DNA of 63,849 nucleotides, counting the filler, from Octopus bimaculoides (Eukaryota), in assembly GCF_001194135.2 (NCBI RefSeq). It is 8 parts of 7 records of this genome, joined end to end, with 100 filler letters (N's around TTAATTAATTAA, not from the genome) between each part and the next. Parts side by side here need not be neighbours in the genome. Positions count along the whole stretch, not along the records: positions 35,513 to 40,335 come from NC_068986.1; positions 40,436 to 47,312 come from NC_068994.1; positions 47,413 to 55,043 come from NC_068985.1; 5 more parts are not named here. The stretch is one strand, 5' to 3'. A model generated the notes under the pieces. It saw nothing but the letters and a program-made list of their open reading frames with translations, did not search any database and was not told the DNA's origin. The translations under genes were made by a program, and so were the position numbers. Within the stretch, counting starts at the first letter, position 1. Every line of letters starts with the position of its first letter. Shown here one piece after another: positions 39,860 through 52,950 of the stretch.

Positions 39860-40250
39860 CTCTGATCCTAAACGGCAAATGAGGGTTCTGTAAAACAAAG
39901 CATGAATCATGTTTTATGGACGTGAATGTGTCTCTTGAGGCCAGCTGGTGCCTTGCAAACCTTTTAGCAAAAGTAACAAGTTGAGGACTCAATTTGCTTC
40001 AAAGTTTGTGGACCATTTTACTTTGTGTTTTCTTGAGTGGACGGCTAGACCTGCTTTGCTTCGCACTACAAAACCACAATGACAAGTAAGGTTTCAGTTT
40101 AGAGGAGCAGCGTTTTGCGCCAGCGTCCTTTCATGCTTGCACGAAGTTGGTCCCAATGTTGGAGTCGACTTTTCTCAAATCTTTAAACTGAAGAGAAGCA
40201 AGACTGGTGCCAGGTCCTGCGTTCTGATGCTATGCTTTCCCAAGACAAAA
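39860..40250 (-). mobile_element. LINE C-terminal remnant with zinc-finger-like tail
   Basis: Reverse strand gives CGFVVRSKAGLAVHSRKHK, typical of LINE ORF2 C-termini. Confidence 0.5.
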
Positions 40251-40264
40251 AGGGTGTGTTGTGT

Positions 40265-40335
<71 letters not shown>

Positions 40336-40435
40336 NNNNNNNNNNNNNNNNNNNNNNNNNNNNNNNNNNNNNNNNNNNNTTAATTAATTAANNNNNNNNN
40401 NNNNNNNNNNNNNNNNNNNNNNNNNNNNNNNNNNN
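40336..40435. other. Artificial contig spacer
   Basis: Identical 44+12+44 layout. Confidence 0.97.
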
Positions 40436-40770
40436 GCATCAGTAGTGCTTTTACCTGGCACGAACCCAAACTGCATCTCATCTAAATTGATTCGCTCCCT
40501 AATTAGTTGGGCTATGACCCTCTCTGTAACTTTCATAACCTGATCTAACAGCTTGATGCCTCTGTAATTATTTGTATCTAAAGCGTCACCTTTACCTTTG
40601 TAGCAGTTGACTATGATGCTGCTACACCAGTCATTGGGTATGACTCCTTCGTGTATCACCTGGTTCGTAATACGGGTGACTAGGCTATAGCCAACACTGC
40701 CAGATATTTTAAGCATCCCTGCAGTGATTCCTGATGGGCCGGGGGCTTTCCCGGTCTTCATACTCTTGAG
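40436..40770 (-). mobile_element. RTE-type LINE reverse transcriptase fragment
   Basis: KAPGPSGI...PNDWCSSIIVNCYKGKGD...NYRGIKLLDQVMKVTERVI...QFGFVPGKSTTD. Confidence 0.9.
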
Positions 40771-41033
40771 CAAAAATATGCTGAAAAAAAAAACTGAATA
40801 TAAGAAGAATCAGAGGTAGTGTGCAAGAGAATGTACTGATATGGACATATGGTGAATATGAAGGATGTCAGTTGGACAAAGAAATACCAAGCAATCCAAG
40901 TATAAGGCAATGGAAAGTCTGCTCTCAGGAGGCTGCATCATGAAGGCGAATACAAAGGACTGTAACATGTAGTATGATGCTCTGTTGGGGAAAATCGATC
41001 CAACCCATGAAAGCATGGAAAAATGGATGCAAA

Positions 41034-41064
<31 letters not shown>

Positions 41065-41482
41065 CGATGATGATGATGATGGTGGTGGTGGTGGTGAAAT
41101 CCTGGCATAAAGGAACTGGTGATAGACAGTCTGAGTTGAAAGATAGTGTTTGATAAATTGATGTGAAGAGACATGAAGATTTTATCTGTCATTTTTCTGT
41201 GACATACAGAAAATATTTTTGACTTTTAATAAATGAAATATTAAGTCATCAGGAGTAATTAAGACAACATACACACATGAAAGGTAAGTCCATAAAACAT
41301 TACGTTCACTCTTTAAAGTAATTAATCTTATTGGTCTCTCCAATAATAATGACTATATTTGTTACAATATTTGTTATTCCATATTTCTTATATAATAATT
41401 TAAAGTATACAAGGTGTAAAGTTTAAAATAAATGAGAGGTTTGTGGCTAAAGAATGAAACTAAGACAGAGTAAACAGCTCAC

Positions 41483-41564
41483 CTCAGAAATCTGCTGATG
41501 TCCTCATCTTTGGCCCACATGGCACTGATAATTCGTTTCTCATCAGAATCATATTGCACAATAC
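41483..41564 (-). CDS. EXOC4: Exocyst complex component 4 (Sec8), internal exon C
   Basis: tttttttaag|GT...CTGAG|gtgagc. The 82-nt exon encodes (G)IVQYDSDEKRIISAMWAKDEDISRFL(R), versus recalled human [26 protein letters not shown]. Phase 1 to 2. Confidence 0.95.
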
Positions 41565-42589
41565 CTTAAAAAAAAAAGATGATATAAGGCAGAGTGACAT
41601 GGGAGTGGATTAGGTATACTACTGCAGTTGTGGGTGTGTAGTCAAGGATACTGTACAGTCAGATAACTGTGTAGTATAGTACAATACACTTTCAATATGA
41701 CTATATACAATCTAAGTGTAGTACAATCATGCAGAGTTATGTACCTTACTTAAGAGTTTAATGATTGCATTCCATGATCACATAGTAATTCAGTGATCAC
41801 CACTAAGCTTCTCTGAGTAAATGTATCTGAATATATACACATCCAGATAGAGAATTGAAGTATACATACACAAATGTGTGTGTGTATGTATGTGTGTATA
41901 CACACACAAATACACATGTGTGTGTGTATATATATATATTTCGCGTTACACCAAGAAGCAATGCATGGTACCAAAATTTTTCACTAAAGTCAAATATAAC
42001 AAACTATTCCAAATTGTTGTTAGAGTATCTGCATAAGTGGAGTCTGGACTGGTTGGTTTGTATTGGCATCAAGTTGTATAAGTTGTAACAAAGAAGTCAA
42101 GCCAAAAGTGATATTTTGAAATGATTTAATGCATGTTTCCAGGTCTGCATAATATATAATAGAATATGCATCCATTATGTAAGACCTTCCGCATTTAAAA
42201 CATTTCAAAATATGAAGCAACTGATGGAAATATCAGAACAGTTAGTTGGCTACTAAGTTTGGAGGCTAGATATGTATATAGGGTCATTCTAGTGAAGTTC
42301 AACAAGGGCCAAATGCAAAGGTTCTGAGATTTTCTTCAAATTTACACTATTTGATAGTATCCATGAAAGGAATTCCCAAAAATTTTAGCCCCATAGTCGT
42401 TACCAGACAGATTTTACGGCCATTTAGAGTTTTAGGCAATTTTCAAAATTTTTGAAATATTGAATTTCGTTTATTTTTTGAGGCCCATCATTCCAGAAAA
42501 ATAGGTAAAGTGATTGGCATAGTCTAAGTGTGTGAAAGAATAATTAAGCTTAGACTAATGCAACAATAACATTAATCTTTGCATGCATT

Positions 42590-43669
42590 TTTCAATCTAG
42601 ACAGATGAACAGAAGGACTGTGGTGTACACGAAAGCTTTAGTTCTAAAAATGAAGAAGGAACAAGGCTGCTGGAGTTCTTTTATGTAAATGACTTGATTA
42701 TCTGTAATACTAACTTTTGGAAACTAGCTTTCCACCAGACCATCTATCAATCTGGTGGGCACAGAAACTAGATTGACTACAGAAGACAAAATAGACAGTT
42801 GTGAATGCACAGTTCTTCCCTGGTGAAGAATGTACAACCTAACATAGGTTAGGGTTAGTGATATCAGACTGATAGCTAGAAAAACTCAAGAGATACAAAC
42901 CAATCTGGAAAATATGGAAGTTTTAAGAACCATTTAATAGACAGAAATTTAGAGAAGTAATAGTTGAAGTATTTGATGAAAAGGAGGGGATAGAAATGTA
43001 TAGCATAGAAGACAACTGGAAGTTCTTATGAGACAATCTACTGAAGTCTGCAGAACAAATCTGTGGCTGGTGTAAATTCCCAGCCTGAGTGAGTGTGACA
43101 CAGATGGAACAGTGAGGTAGACAGAATCATAAAAGCAAAGAGACATGTTTGGAGAGACTGGAAGAATGGGGGTAGCAGAGAATTATATCTGGTAGCTACA
43201 AGTGAAGCTAGGTGATAGGTATATTTAGCAAAGACAGAAGCAGAAAGGAAGAGATTTGCCAATAGCATGGGGCTCAGAGGCATGAGGGATTCTATACTGT
43301 AAGGCAATGAATCAAAGAAAATCAAAATGTGGAAGAGAAGTATGTACAAATGGATAATAGAATACTTGCACTTAGTGATTGTGAAAAGAAAGGTATATAG
43401 AAGTGCTGGGAGGAAGCAAGTCTTCCCAACATGTATCCAACAGAGGGACCAACCATTCTAGTTAACAGTAAGATAAAGTAATTAAGGATATGAAAAATGA
43501 AAAGACCCTAGACCATCAGGAGTTAATACTGAGATTCTAAAAATATCCCTTCAGGCTGCATAGGAAAGTGCCGCACCCTGGCTCTTGTAGCATCGTCATA
43601 TTCAATTGTTACAAGAGTAAAGATGCATGAGTAAGAAGAAACTACTGAGGTTTTAAATTGTTGGTCAAG

Positions 43670-43702
<33 letters not shown>

Positions 43703-43819
43703 NNNNNNNNNNNNNNNNNNNNNNNNNNNNNNNNNNNNNNNNNNNNNNNNNNNNNNNNNNNNNNNNNNNNNNNNNNNNNNNNNNNNNNNNNNNNNNNNNN
43801 NNNNNNNNNNNNNNNNNNN

Positions 43820-43864
<45 letters not shown>

Positions 43865-45135
43865 GAGAGAGAGATGCAGTCTAGTTTTGTGCCAAGGAAA
43901 AACACTATTAATGCTGTCTTCCTGACAAATCAATTGCAGGATAAACATTTAGCTAAAGGTAAGCTTCAGTTCTTAGCATTCACTAACCTGGAAAAAACCT
44001 TTGACAGGGTTTCTTGCTCTCTGATTTGCTGGTTACTGAGAAATCTAAGAGTGGAAGTTCTTATGAGACAATGGTAGGACCAGAGGTGCTGTCAATAAGA
44101 TGGGAGTTAGCGATGACTACAGAAATGAATTCAGTATGTAGGTAGGAGTTCGCCAGAGCTTTGTTCTCAATCTCCCATCCATTATACTCTCTCAAATCAT
44201 AACAGAAGAGTTTAAAATAGGATACCTGTGGAACCTCTTCTATACTGGTGACCTTGTTCATATAGATGAATCTGTTTCAGAATTAGAAAAGAAATTCCAG
44301 GAGTGGAAGCAAAACTTGAAATTAAAGGGCTTCAAAGTTAACTTCGGAACGACCAAAGTTTAAGTAATAAAGACAACAGAGATTACTTTAGTTCCTTTGA
44401 GGAAATGGTTTTGCTGGAAATGTAGAAAAGGAGTAGATAAAAATTCCATGGTGTATCCAATGCAAACTATAGAAACACATGAAGTGCAGTGGTATCAGAA
44501 AAGAAAAAAGAGAAAGTAGATTGCATATGGTAGATGTACAGGATCAGTAAGCACTAAGAGAACACAGGAAGTAATTTTTTCAAATGCCCAGGAACACATA
44601 AAAAGTAATAGGTGGTTTCTATTATCTATGCAACCTTGTGAGGACTGGAGGAGGATGTTCTGAAAGTATAGATGCTAGGATAAGAACCAACTGGAAAAGT
44701 TCAGAGAGGTATTCATTTTATTGGTAACAAAAGACCTCTCAGAGCGAAAAGCAGATTGTATGAAGAGCAATACTACATCAAAGTAAAACATGAGCCATAA
44801 GTGCAGAGCTAGCATGCTTCACTGAATGTACAATGTTAGTGAGCATAAATAACCAAGTACAAATAAGAGAAACATTGGGTATACAAGGAATCATATGTAG
44901 TGCGCAAAAGAGACAACTGCACTGGCATGGTAATGTGATATGTATAGATGGGGACAGCTGTATGAAGAAGTGCAAACTGCTTAATATGAATGAAGTATAT
45001 GGAAGAAAGAGACTTAGGAAGAGATGGGATGAAATTATGAAGGCTGATCTCAGGACTTTGAGCCTTACAGAAGAGATGAGTAAGGACCAAGATGATTGGT
45101 GACATGTGGTGCTTGAGAAAACCTAACCATCTCAG
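42590..45135 (+). mobile_element. Highly degenerate RTE-type LINE in the EXOC4 intron, antisense to the gene
   Basis: Fragments in order: EGTRLLEFF...LIICNT (APE end), SSFVPRKNTINAVF...AFTNLEKTFDRV (RT), and LHWHGNVI...GRKRLRKRWDEIMKADL (C-terminus). Limits approximate. Confidence 0.8.
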
Positions 45136-45335
45136 TGAAACAGATTTTGGAAGCATAATGTGTATATACACAGAACTTCATGTGTGTGCAATGCCCTATC
45201 AATTAAGTTATATAGTAGTGGTGGTGGTAGTAGTAATAGTAAAATGTTGCACAGAAACATGACACTTACATGCTCATTGTCACTTAAGTATTGCTCTTCT
45301 CCCAATAAGTCCATTCAATCTCTGGTAATACTTAC

Positions 45336-45474
45336 CACGGTAGGCTGAATGACATGTGTCTCGATATTCTTCAAGTATTTTACAAATCATGTTGAGGAAT
45401 TGCTCTGCATAGTCTGGCAAGTCATGCATGAGGGCCTGAAGTTCCTGGATGTTCCGGTCCACAGTTACTGTACT
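45336..45474 (-). CDS. EXOC4: Exocyst complex component 4 (Sec8), internal exon B
   Basis: ctacag|AGT...CGTG|gtaagt. The 139-nt exon encodes STVTVDRNIQELQALMHDLPDYAEQFLNMICKILEEYRDTCHSAYR(G), versus recalled human [47 protein letters not shown]. Phase 0 to 1. Confidence 0.95.
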
Positions 45475-46509
45475 CTGTAGTGGTAGTCAAACATAATGAT
45501 GTAGCAGTAGTGCATGTAGTGTTTGTGGTGGTTGTAGTTATAGCAGTTGGTGATAGTGGTAATGTAGTAGTAGGGGTGTGTGTATTAGTGGTATTGGTGG
45601 TGGTAGTTGTGGTATGCAATAGTGATGTAAGGTGAGGTTATAGAATGTAGCTGTAGTGGTGGTGATATGTATTAATGGTGTGAGATAATGTTATGATGGG
45701 GATTGTTGTTGTTTAAACCCAGGTTAATACTTAATAATTAATGTTAATAATCTCCCAGTTGCATTACTGAAGACTAAGTCTTTGCATTGACTTGTGCCCC
45801 GATCCTAGAAAGAGTGTCAATCTTCAGTTCTTTCAATAGGATTTACCATTCAACCTTTCAGCAGAGTGATCTTCACAATGGACTTGGATGATAGCTGGAT
45901 CCATCTTACACAAGACAGCAGCTATTTGACATACTTCATAGATCAGCAGTGTTCAGACATTATTGAAGTGTTGTGCAGGACAGCTTCATCATCAAACATG
46001 CATCTTGAACAGGTACAGTTGACCAGTATGTCTGTATTTGTAGAGTTTATCTCAAACCACCAATGCCTTATTGCACTGCCAGACTAGGAATTTCCGAAAT
46101 TGTCCATTTCTTAAGTTGAAAGTCTTCTAGAGACAGCTGAGTTTATCTTTATTGTAAGCAAAACCTGGAAAATGTTATAGCTTATACTTGGCACTATAGA
46201 ATTATAAGATTTGATATCCAACTGGCTGGGGACAGAGAAAGCTTGACAACATTCCAGAAGATGCCAGATGCCCAATCTTGGTTCTTCACTTAATTCAGAA
46301 CTACTCCATTAAAGTGATGAACTGTGGGTAAACATTCCTGACAAAGTGACCAACTTTGCTCACCATCAAATACATTTGTATATACTACAACATCAACACT
46401 TGCTAGATATTTTCAGTTATGGTCTACTGAACCAGTTACTCAAAAGGTGTTGGTAGCAGATGGACCAATGACAGAGACAGTGGAATACATCCACAATAGA
46501 AACATATAA

Positions 46510-46916
46510 TCCTTTCTACTATAGCCACAATGCCTGAAATTTGAGGGGAGGGGCAAGTTGATTACATCAAACTCAGTACACAACTGGTACTTATTTCATT
46601 GACCCCACAAAAGAGTGAAAAGCAAAATTCAGCAGAATTAGAATGCAGATGGATGAAATGCCACTAAGCATTTTGCCTGGTGTGCTAACGGTTCTGCTAG
46701 TTTGCCACCTTAAACAATAGAAACATAATAATCCTTTCTACTACAGGCACAAGGCCTGAAACTTTGGGGTGGGGGTAAGTCAATTATATCGATCCCAGTG
46801 CATAACTGGTAATTATTTAATCGACCCTAAATTTAAAATCAGAATGTAAACATGGACGAAATGCAACTAAGCATTTTGCCTGGCGTGCTAACAATTCTGC
46901 CAGCTCACTACCTCAA
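46510..46916 (-). mobile_element. Two tandem SINE family A copies in the EXOC4 intron
   Basis: ACAATAGAAACATATAA occurs three times (46493, 46714, 46917), bracketing both copies. Confidence 0.85.
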
Positions 46917-46954
46917 ACAATAGAAACATATAAATAATAATGAAAATGTAATAC

Positions 46955-47028
46955 CTGCAAAAGTGGCCGAGGAACAGCAAGTTCTTTCTGGGTTTTGTGG
47001 TCAATGACATTCCGAAGGGCATCAAAAC
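46955..47028 (-). CDS. EXOC4: Exocyst complex component 4 (Sec8), internal exon A
   Basis: ttttgtattcag|GT...TTGCAG|gtatta. The 74-nt exon encodes (G)FDALRNVIDHKTQKELAVPRPLLQ, matching the recalled human EXOC4 segment [23 protein letters not shown]. It ends in phase 0, compatible with the next exon. Confidence 0.92.
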
Positions 47029-47274
47029 CTGAATACAAAAGAGTTAAAACTTCAAAATGAGAAAGATAACACAATGCTAGTGAAAATCATATTATAGCAG
47101 CAACTCCATCTAAGAATATCTGAAGAAGGAATTGTATTCTGAAATATCATCGGTCTATGGATAACTAAATCACAACAGATATATAGTCCATTGTTGTACC
47201 ATTCAAAATTTTTATTCTTTACAAACAATACACAATGCTTCAAGCGAACTACAATACTCTCCTATATATATATG

Positions 47275-47312
<38 letters not shown>

Positions 47313-47412
47313 NNNNNNNNNNNNNNNNNNNNNNNNNNNNNNNNNNNNNNNNNNNNTTAATTAATTAANNNNNNNNNNNNNNNNNNNNNNNNNNNNNNNN
47401 NNNNNNNNNNNN
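47313..47412. other. Artificial contig spacer
   Basis: Identical 44+12+44 layout. Confidence 0.97.
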
Positions 47413-49308
47413 CGGTTACCCGGTTTCTTTTTAGTAGGACCAACACCCCACCCCCACCTCCCGCCCGACTCGGAGAAACGTATTTCTCGTAGCCGTTTAG
47501 GAGGGGGGGACAGATCTCTTGGTCCCTTTACTCGGGTTTCCGTTGCAACAATCACATCCAATTTTCTTGACCTGATGTCATTTAGGAAGCGTCCTTGCTT
47601 CCAGCTAGACAACAGGCCACAAACATTTAAACAACCAATGTGAACAGACATGTCTTACCTGTTAATCAGGGTTTGTCCGGTGGAGAGGGACTCTCCACCT
47701 TTTCATGATACAGGGTCGGACGTGGTAGGTCTTGGGAAATAGGTTTGTTAAGATCCCGTCTCATTACAGAATTATCCGGTGGAGGTGGGGTCTCCACCTT
47801 TTCTTTTTCTCGCGTTATCGGGGCTGGTAGTCCATTAAATATAGACTTATTAAAGTCATGTCTGATAGATGATACTGACTTACGGTGTTTGTTTTGTAAA
47901 ATTCTATGAGTCTTATTTGAGACTTCATACACGTCATAATTGTTGTATTTCTTCGAAAGGTTATCTATTTTTTTGCAGTCTTAATTAATTGAATGTCTCT
48001 CATTAGTTCAGTATCTTTACTNNNNNNNNNNATTTTTTTGCAGTCTTAATTAATTGAATGTCTCTCATTAGTTCAGTATCTTTACTGTATACGGCTATTA
48101 TGCCTTTCTCCTCTTTATCTCTTCTTGCAGTCTTTTTTGGTCGTTGTTCTGTAGTAGTCGCCACTCTCGGTTGAGCTGCTGATTGTATATTTCTTCTTCT
48201 TCTTCTTCTTCTTCCTCTTTTTCTTCTTTCTCCTCTTCCTCATTTTCCTTGCAGTTCCTTCGAATGTGGCCTAATTCGCCGCACAGAAAACACCGGGGTT
48301 TTCGATCCTCGACAAAAACGTTGAGGAACAACTCCTCCCCAACTTCTATTTTTTCTGGAAGTTGTTCAATTACAGCCTGTTCTCCTTGAATTAAAAAGTG
48401 GACCGTGTGGCCGATCCAATATGGTTTTTCGGTGACGATAGCCTGAAGTATATTTACCTCATCTACCTTCTTTGCCAGGACCACCGCCATCAACCACATT
48501 GGGTCAATTTGGGGTGGGACATTTGGTATTTTTATATTGGATGTCCTCATACCCATGTAAATGGGTATTAAGATTATATCCTCGGTTTCCAAAGATTTTA
48601 CTGAGTGCACTTGTGCAGTTTCAATGCTTTTTAAATGTACCTCAATGGTACCGAATTTCTTGCCTCTTGCTAGATAAGTAATGTCCTGCCAAATGAGCTT
48701 TAGACATTGTTCAATTTTTTCTTCGCTCACTCGCTCGATTTTTCATTCTTTTTTATAGTAAACTTTGAAGATAATTATTTTTTTTTTGCCTGTTAGTAAA
48801 AATTCTTCCGGTGGTTGAATCTTGACAACACCGTTTTCAAATTTTAACATGTCTTTATACTTTAGTATGTCGCTTTTGTTTGTCGACAGCTGGCGGATTC
48901 CACCTCCAGCCGCCGACGCAAAACTTCTTTTTTTGTTTTTCTTCTGTTTGTATACTTTTCACATTAATGTTCCTCCTTGTAACGGTACAATTTGATAGAT
49001 TTGGAAACTCCCCTTCAGAAGAATCCGAAACTTCTCCAAACAATAAATTTTCTATATTTTTTCCCTTGGTTGACGCCTCTTCGCCACACGAAGATACACT
49101 ATTCGGCATCTTACCAGCAATTACTGTTTCCCCCATAGGGGAAACACACGATAGTTTTCGAACGAAGACTATCACACAATAGTTATAACAAGAACACACA
49201 AAAACAGCCAATGGAAACTTGCACTTACTGTACAGACGCACTCAAATAACTAGTAACAATCCAAACTCACGGAGTCGCTACACCGCTAAGCATTTCAACG
49301 GGTGTCAC
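47413..49308 (-). mobile_element. Tx1/L1-type LINE, 5' part: ORF1 with CCHC knuckle and start of ORF2 APE endonuclease
   Basis: ORF 48098-48730 contains RCFLCGELGHIRRNC. ORF from 47651 begins IGCLNVCGL...LDVIVATET (APE motifs). Cut at a contig spacer. Confidence 0.85.
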
Positions 49309-49367
49309 ACAGACGAAATACCGCTGAGCATTTCGCCCGGCGTGCTAACGTTTCTGCCAGCTCGCCG
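49309..49367 (-). mobile_element. SINE family A 5' head only, abutting the Tx1-type LINE
   Basis: GGCGAGCTGGCAGAAACGTTAGCACGCCGGGCGAAATGCTCAGCGGTATTTCGTCTGT, then non-SINE sequence. Confidence 0.85.
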
Positions 49368-50744
49368 ACTTACTTGAAGGGAATATTATCAAAGCAATGA
49401 GTACATTGGTCATTAAAGCACTAAGATAAGCTGCTGCCTTTCTAAGGTAAACAAAACCAAGTAAGCGAATATGGATTGCTTACAATTCAAATCACGCACC
49501 AAGCTAAAAGTAACGCTGGGGAGCTCTACCTACGAGGAAAACAAGGATTGCTAAATGCAGGAAAGAAAACACTGGTTACCTCTCCTATATTGAGGGTGAT
49601 AATCTATGTTGCTCGTATTGAAGAAAGAATGGGAAAGCCAATATCTCTAATAAAGAATAAGTATTACAGGATTTAATGGGATTTTTACATAATCATTGAT
49701 CATACTATTGAGACAAACAAACCAGATGAGATTATAGAGTTCAAAACAAAGAAACAATTCCCTATGGTATTTTGAAAAATATAAAAATATGAAGAACTTC
49801 CAGAGAAATAAAGCGAGAGTGAAAGACAAAAATGACAATTATTCTTACGGGACTTGCTGCACTCGGTACAACACAATCATAGCTATATAAAAGGCTGAAT
49901 GATATCGAACACCTGTCCCTAACATACGTGGCAGCTTTACTAGGAAATTGGAATCAATACACTGAGTGACGCATACGGCAGGTAAGCAAAGCAAAGATCA
50001 AATGAAACCTCATGAAATGTTAACAATGCTTTAAAATAAATCTCGCGGTCAAACTTGCAAAGAGCTAACTAATAACCACTCCTTCTGGAACCGACAAATT
50101 TCCACCAGCTATGTCAGTACAACGAACACAGATTTTAGGTAAAATTTCACAACAAATTTAAGTACATAAAACAAGCCGTAAACCACTGTATACCTTCAAA
50201 GATATAGACTTATGCTGCTATAGTGGAACAGAATCATTCTCTGTAAGTTGCAACTAAATCTAAATATAAAATAAGCAAATACTTTCAACACAATCGACGA
50301 ATGGACAAATGGACAAATGCTAGAGCGGAACAACAACAATAAAATATTCAAAACGAACCAGAATATTTTTTTTATTAAACAGCATTGACAGATGAAAGAA
50401 AATTCCTTATTAAAACTCATTCAGCAGTATGTGCTGAAAGACGTGTATAATAACTGGGCAATTAGTGAAAGTGCTGCCTATAAATAAATACTACCAGGAC
50501 GTGCCACGTTTGTACCACAGACAAATATCAAATAATTGCCAATCGATAATGCTTGAGACGGAGATGAAATTAGTTGATATTAGGCTGCAAGCATCGGAAT
50601 AAATCGCACTTTAAAGATGGTACAAAACACTAAAATAACTGACGTATTTGAGGTGCAATATCACCAACAGCAATTCTACAACAAAATATACAAATCTAAT
50701 GAAATAAATTATATAAACCAAACACCAATATGTAAGAGCTAGAA

Positions 50745-50960
50745 GGTGGGGAACTGGCACAATCGTTAGCAGGCCGGGGTAAAATCTTAGTAGTATTTTG
50801 TCCGTCTTTACATTCTGAGTTCAAATTCTGCCGAGGTCAACTTTGCTTTTCATCCAGTTCGCGGTCGCTAAATTACGTTTCAGTTGAGCACCGGAGTCGA
50901 TGTAATCGACTTAGTCCCTCCTCCGAAATTATTAGCCTTCTGCCAAAATTTGAAATCAAT
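50745..50960 (+). mobile_element. SINE family A copy (diverged)
   Basis: TTCTGAGTTCAAATTCTGCCGAGGTCAACTTTGCTTTTCATCC core. Confidence 0.8.
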
Positions 50961-51529
50961 TTGTAACATTTGGAGGAACATACCAAAGAATCAACAGTCA
51001 ATGTAAATAATATTAAGTATCATATACATTGACACGCCAAAGCTAAAAGAAAGACGTCTTTAAACAGAACTTATGTATCAATGAACTGCCTTCTCGATGA
51101 ATCAACGCGAAAATAGTCCACAGAGACATGCACCTATTGGCCAATCCTCAGTCATATGCAGTATTACAAGGGTTTACATCTGAATTAAAAACAAAATCTA
51201 TTTGAAGACCATCGCCGTTTCTCTCAAGAAATTTTCTCACATAATGCTCCCATCTTTTCAATGTTATGATAAACATTTGATTAATATATCACGAAATTTA
51301 ATCGAAACCAAGATTTAGAAATTGCAAAGCAAACTTATTAAATGCTCGGCCACATAAGCGTAGGTGTGATTGTTGGTAAGAAGTTTGCTTCCAAACTGCA
51401 TGGTACCGCGTTCAGTTTCGATGCATGGAATCTTGGGTAAGTGTTCTCTACTAAATCACCCGAACGCCCTAAACGACCAGCATTTTACAAATAGATATCT
51501 TTGACTGAAGCTACAAAACACTTCTGTAT

Positions 51530-51606
<77 letters not shown>

Positions 51607-51638
51607 TTTATGTATAAACACACACACAAACATATATA

Positions 51639-51861
51639 CAGGGCAGCTCAAAAGTAGATTTTCATTTATCACGTAGACACTTTAAATTTCTTTTAAAACA
51701 TTTTATTACATTTAAATTTCCATCTTACAATTAACTGAATTAGCATAGAATAATGATTTCATGTTTTTATTTTTATTTTATATAATTAAGATCTAAACTG
51801 TTAATATATGAGTGCAAAAGAGACAGTTGAATAACTGTAAACCTACTTTTGGGCCACCCTG
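51639..51861. mobile_element. Tc1/mariner-type MITE
   Basis: TIRs CAGGGCAGCTCAAAAGTAG / CTACTTTTGGGCCACCCTG, flanked by TA on both sides. Confidence 0.75.
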
Positions 51862-52099
51862 TATATACATATATGGATGTGTGTGCGTGTGTATGCATAT
51901 ACGTGCGTGTGTATCCTTGTGCAGATCTTCCAACCACCGCTTACCAGACGGTGTTGGTTTGTTTACGGCGACTCAAATAGTGGTGCGACAAAAGGGTTCC
52001 ATACAATAAGCACCAAGATTTACAAATAAGTATTGGAATCAATTTGATCGACTGATGCCTTTCAAGACGCCCCCCCCCCACACACACACGCAATCTATC

Positions 52100-52238
52100 A
52101 TGGCTGTTGCTTCCCATCCAAATGATTCTAGGTTCAGTTCCACTGCATGGCAACTTGGATACGTAATTTCTGTTATAGACTCGGTCTGACGAAAGCCTTG
52201 TGAGCGGATTTGGTCGACGGAAACTGAAAGAAGCCCAT

Positions 52239-52269
<31 letters not shown>

Positions 52270-52271
52270 GT

Positions 52272-52320
<49 letters not shown>

Positions 52321-52555
52321 TTGGGCGTGGGAGAGAGCCTGTGTGTATGTGTATTCCCAAGCATCGCTTGACAACCGGTGTTGGTATGTTTACGTCCCCA
52401 TAGCCTAGCGGTTCGACAAAAGGACTTGATAGAATAAGTACTAGGTTTAAAAAAATAAGTCTTGCAGTCGATTCGTTCGACTAAAATTCTTCAAGGTGGT
52501 GCCACAGAATGGCCGCAAACAAATCACTAAAGCAAGTAAAAGATAAATAGATAAA
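52100..52555 (+). mobile_element. SINE family B copy
   Basis: Bipartite structure. A further 3' half lies at about 51930-52075. Confidence 0.85.
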
Positions 52556-52564
52556 AGATATACG

Positions 52565-52950
52565 ATATGTGAGTATGCATCTGTGCGTGTATGTGTGTGC
52601 GTGTAAATGTGTGCGAATGTGTGGGTGTATGTGTGTTCGTGTGCGTGCACAGGCGTGCGTGTAAATGTGTGCGTGCGTGTATGTGCGTGTTTATATGTTG
52701 CCTGTGTATATGTGTGTGCGTGTGTACATCTGTGCGTGCGTGTGTATATGGGTGTGCGAGTGCGTGTGTGCATGCGTATGTGTGTGCGCGTGTGTACGCG
52801 TGTGTGCGTGTGTGTATGTTTGTGTGCGTATGTGTATGTGTGTGCGTATATGTGCATGCGTGTGTGTGTGTGTCTGTGTACGTGTGTATGTTTGGGTGCA
52901 TGTGTATGCGTGTGCGTGTATATGTGTATATGCATGTATGTATGTATTTT
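52565..52950 (+). repeat. Imperfect TG/CG-rich microsatellite
   Basis: Direct reading. It explains the overlapping spurious ORFs. Confidence 0.95.

Noticed and set aside
1-41480. Further EXOC4 exons (the SLPNW region downstream)
   Set aside because: I searched by eye for matching codons and found none. They may lie in gaps or on another scaffold.
47965-48085. 55-bp direct repeat inside the Tx1 ORF1 region
   Set aside because: It flanks a 10-N gap (48022-48031) and is an assembly artefact.
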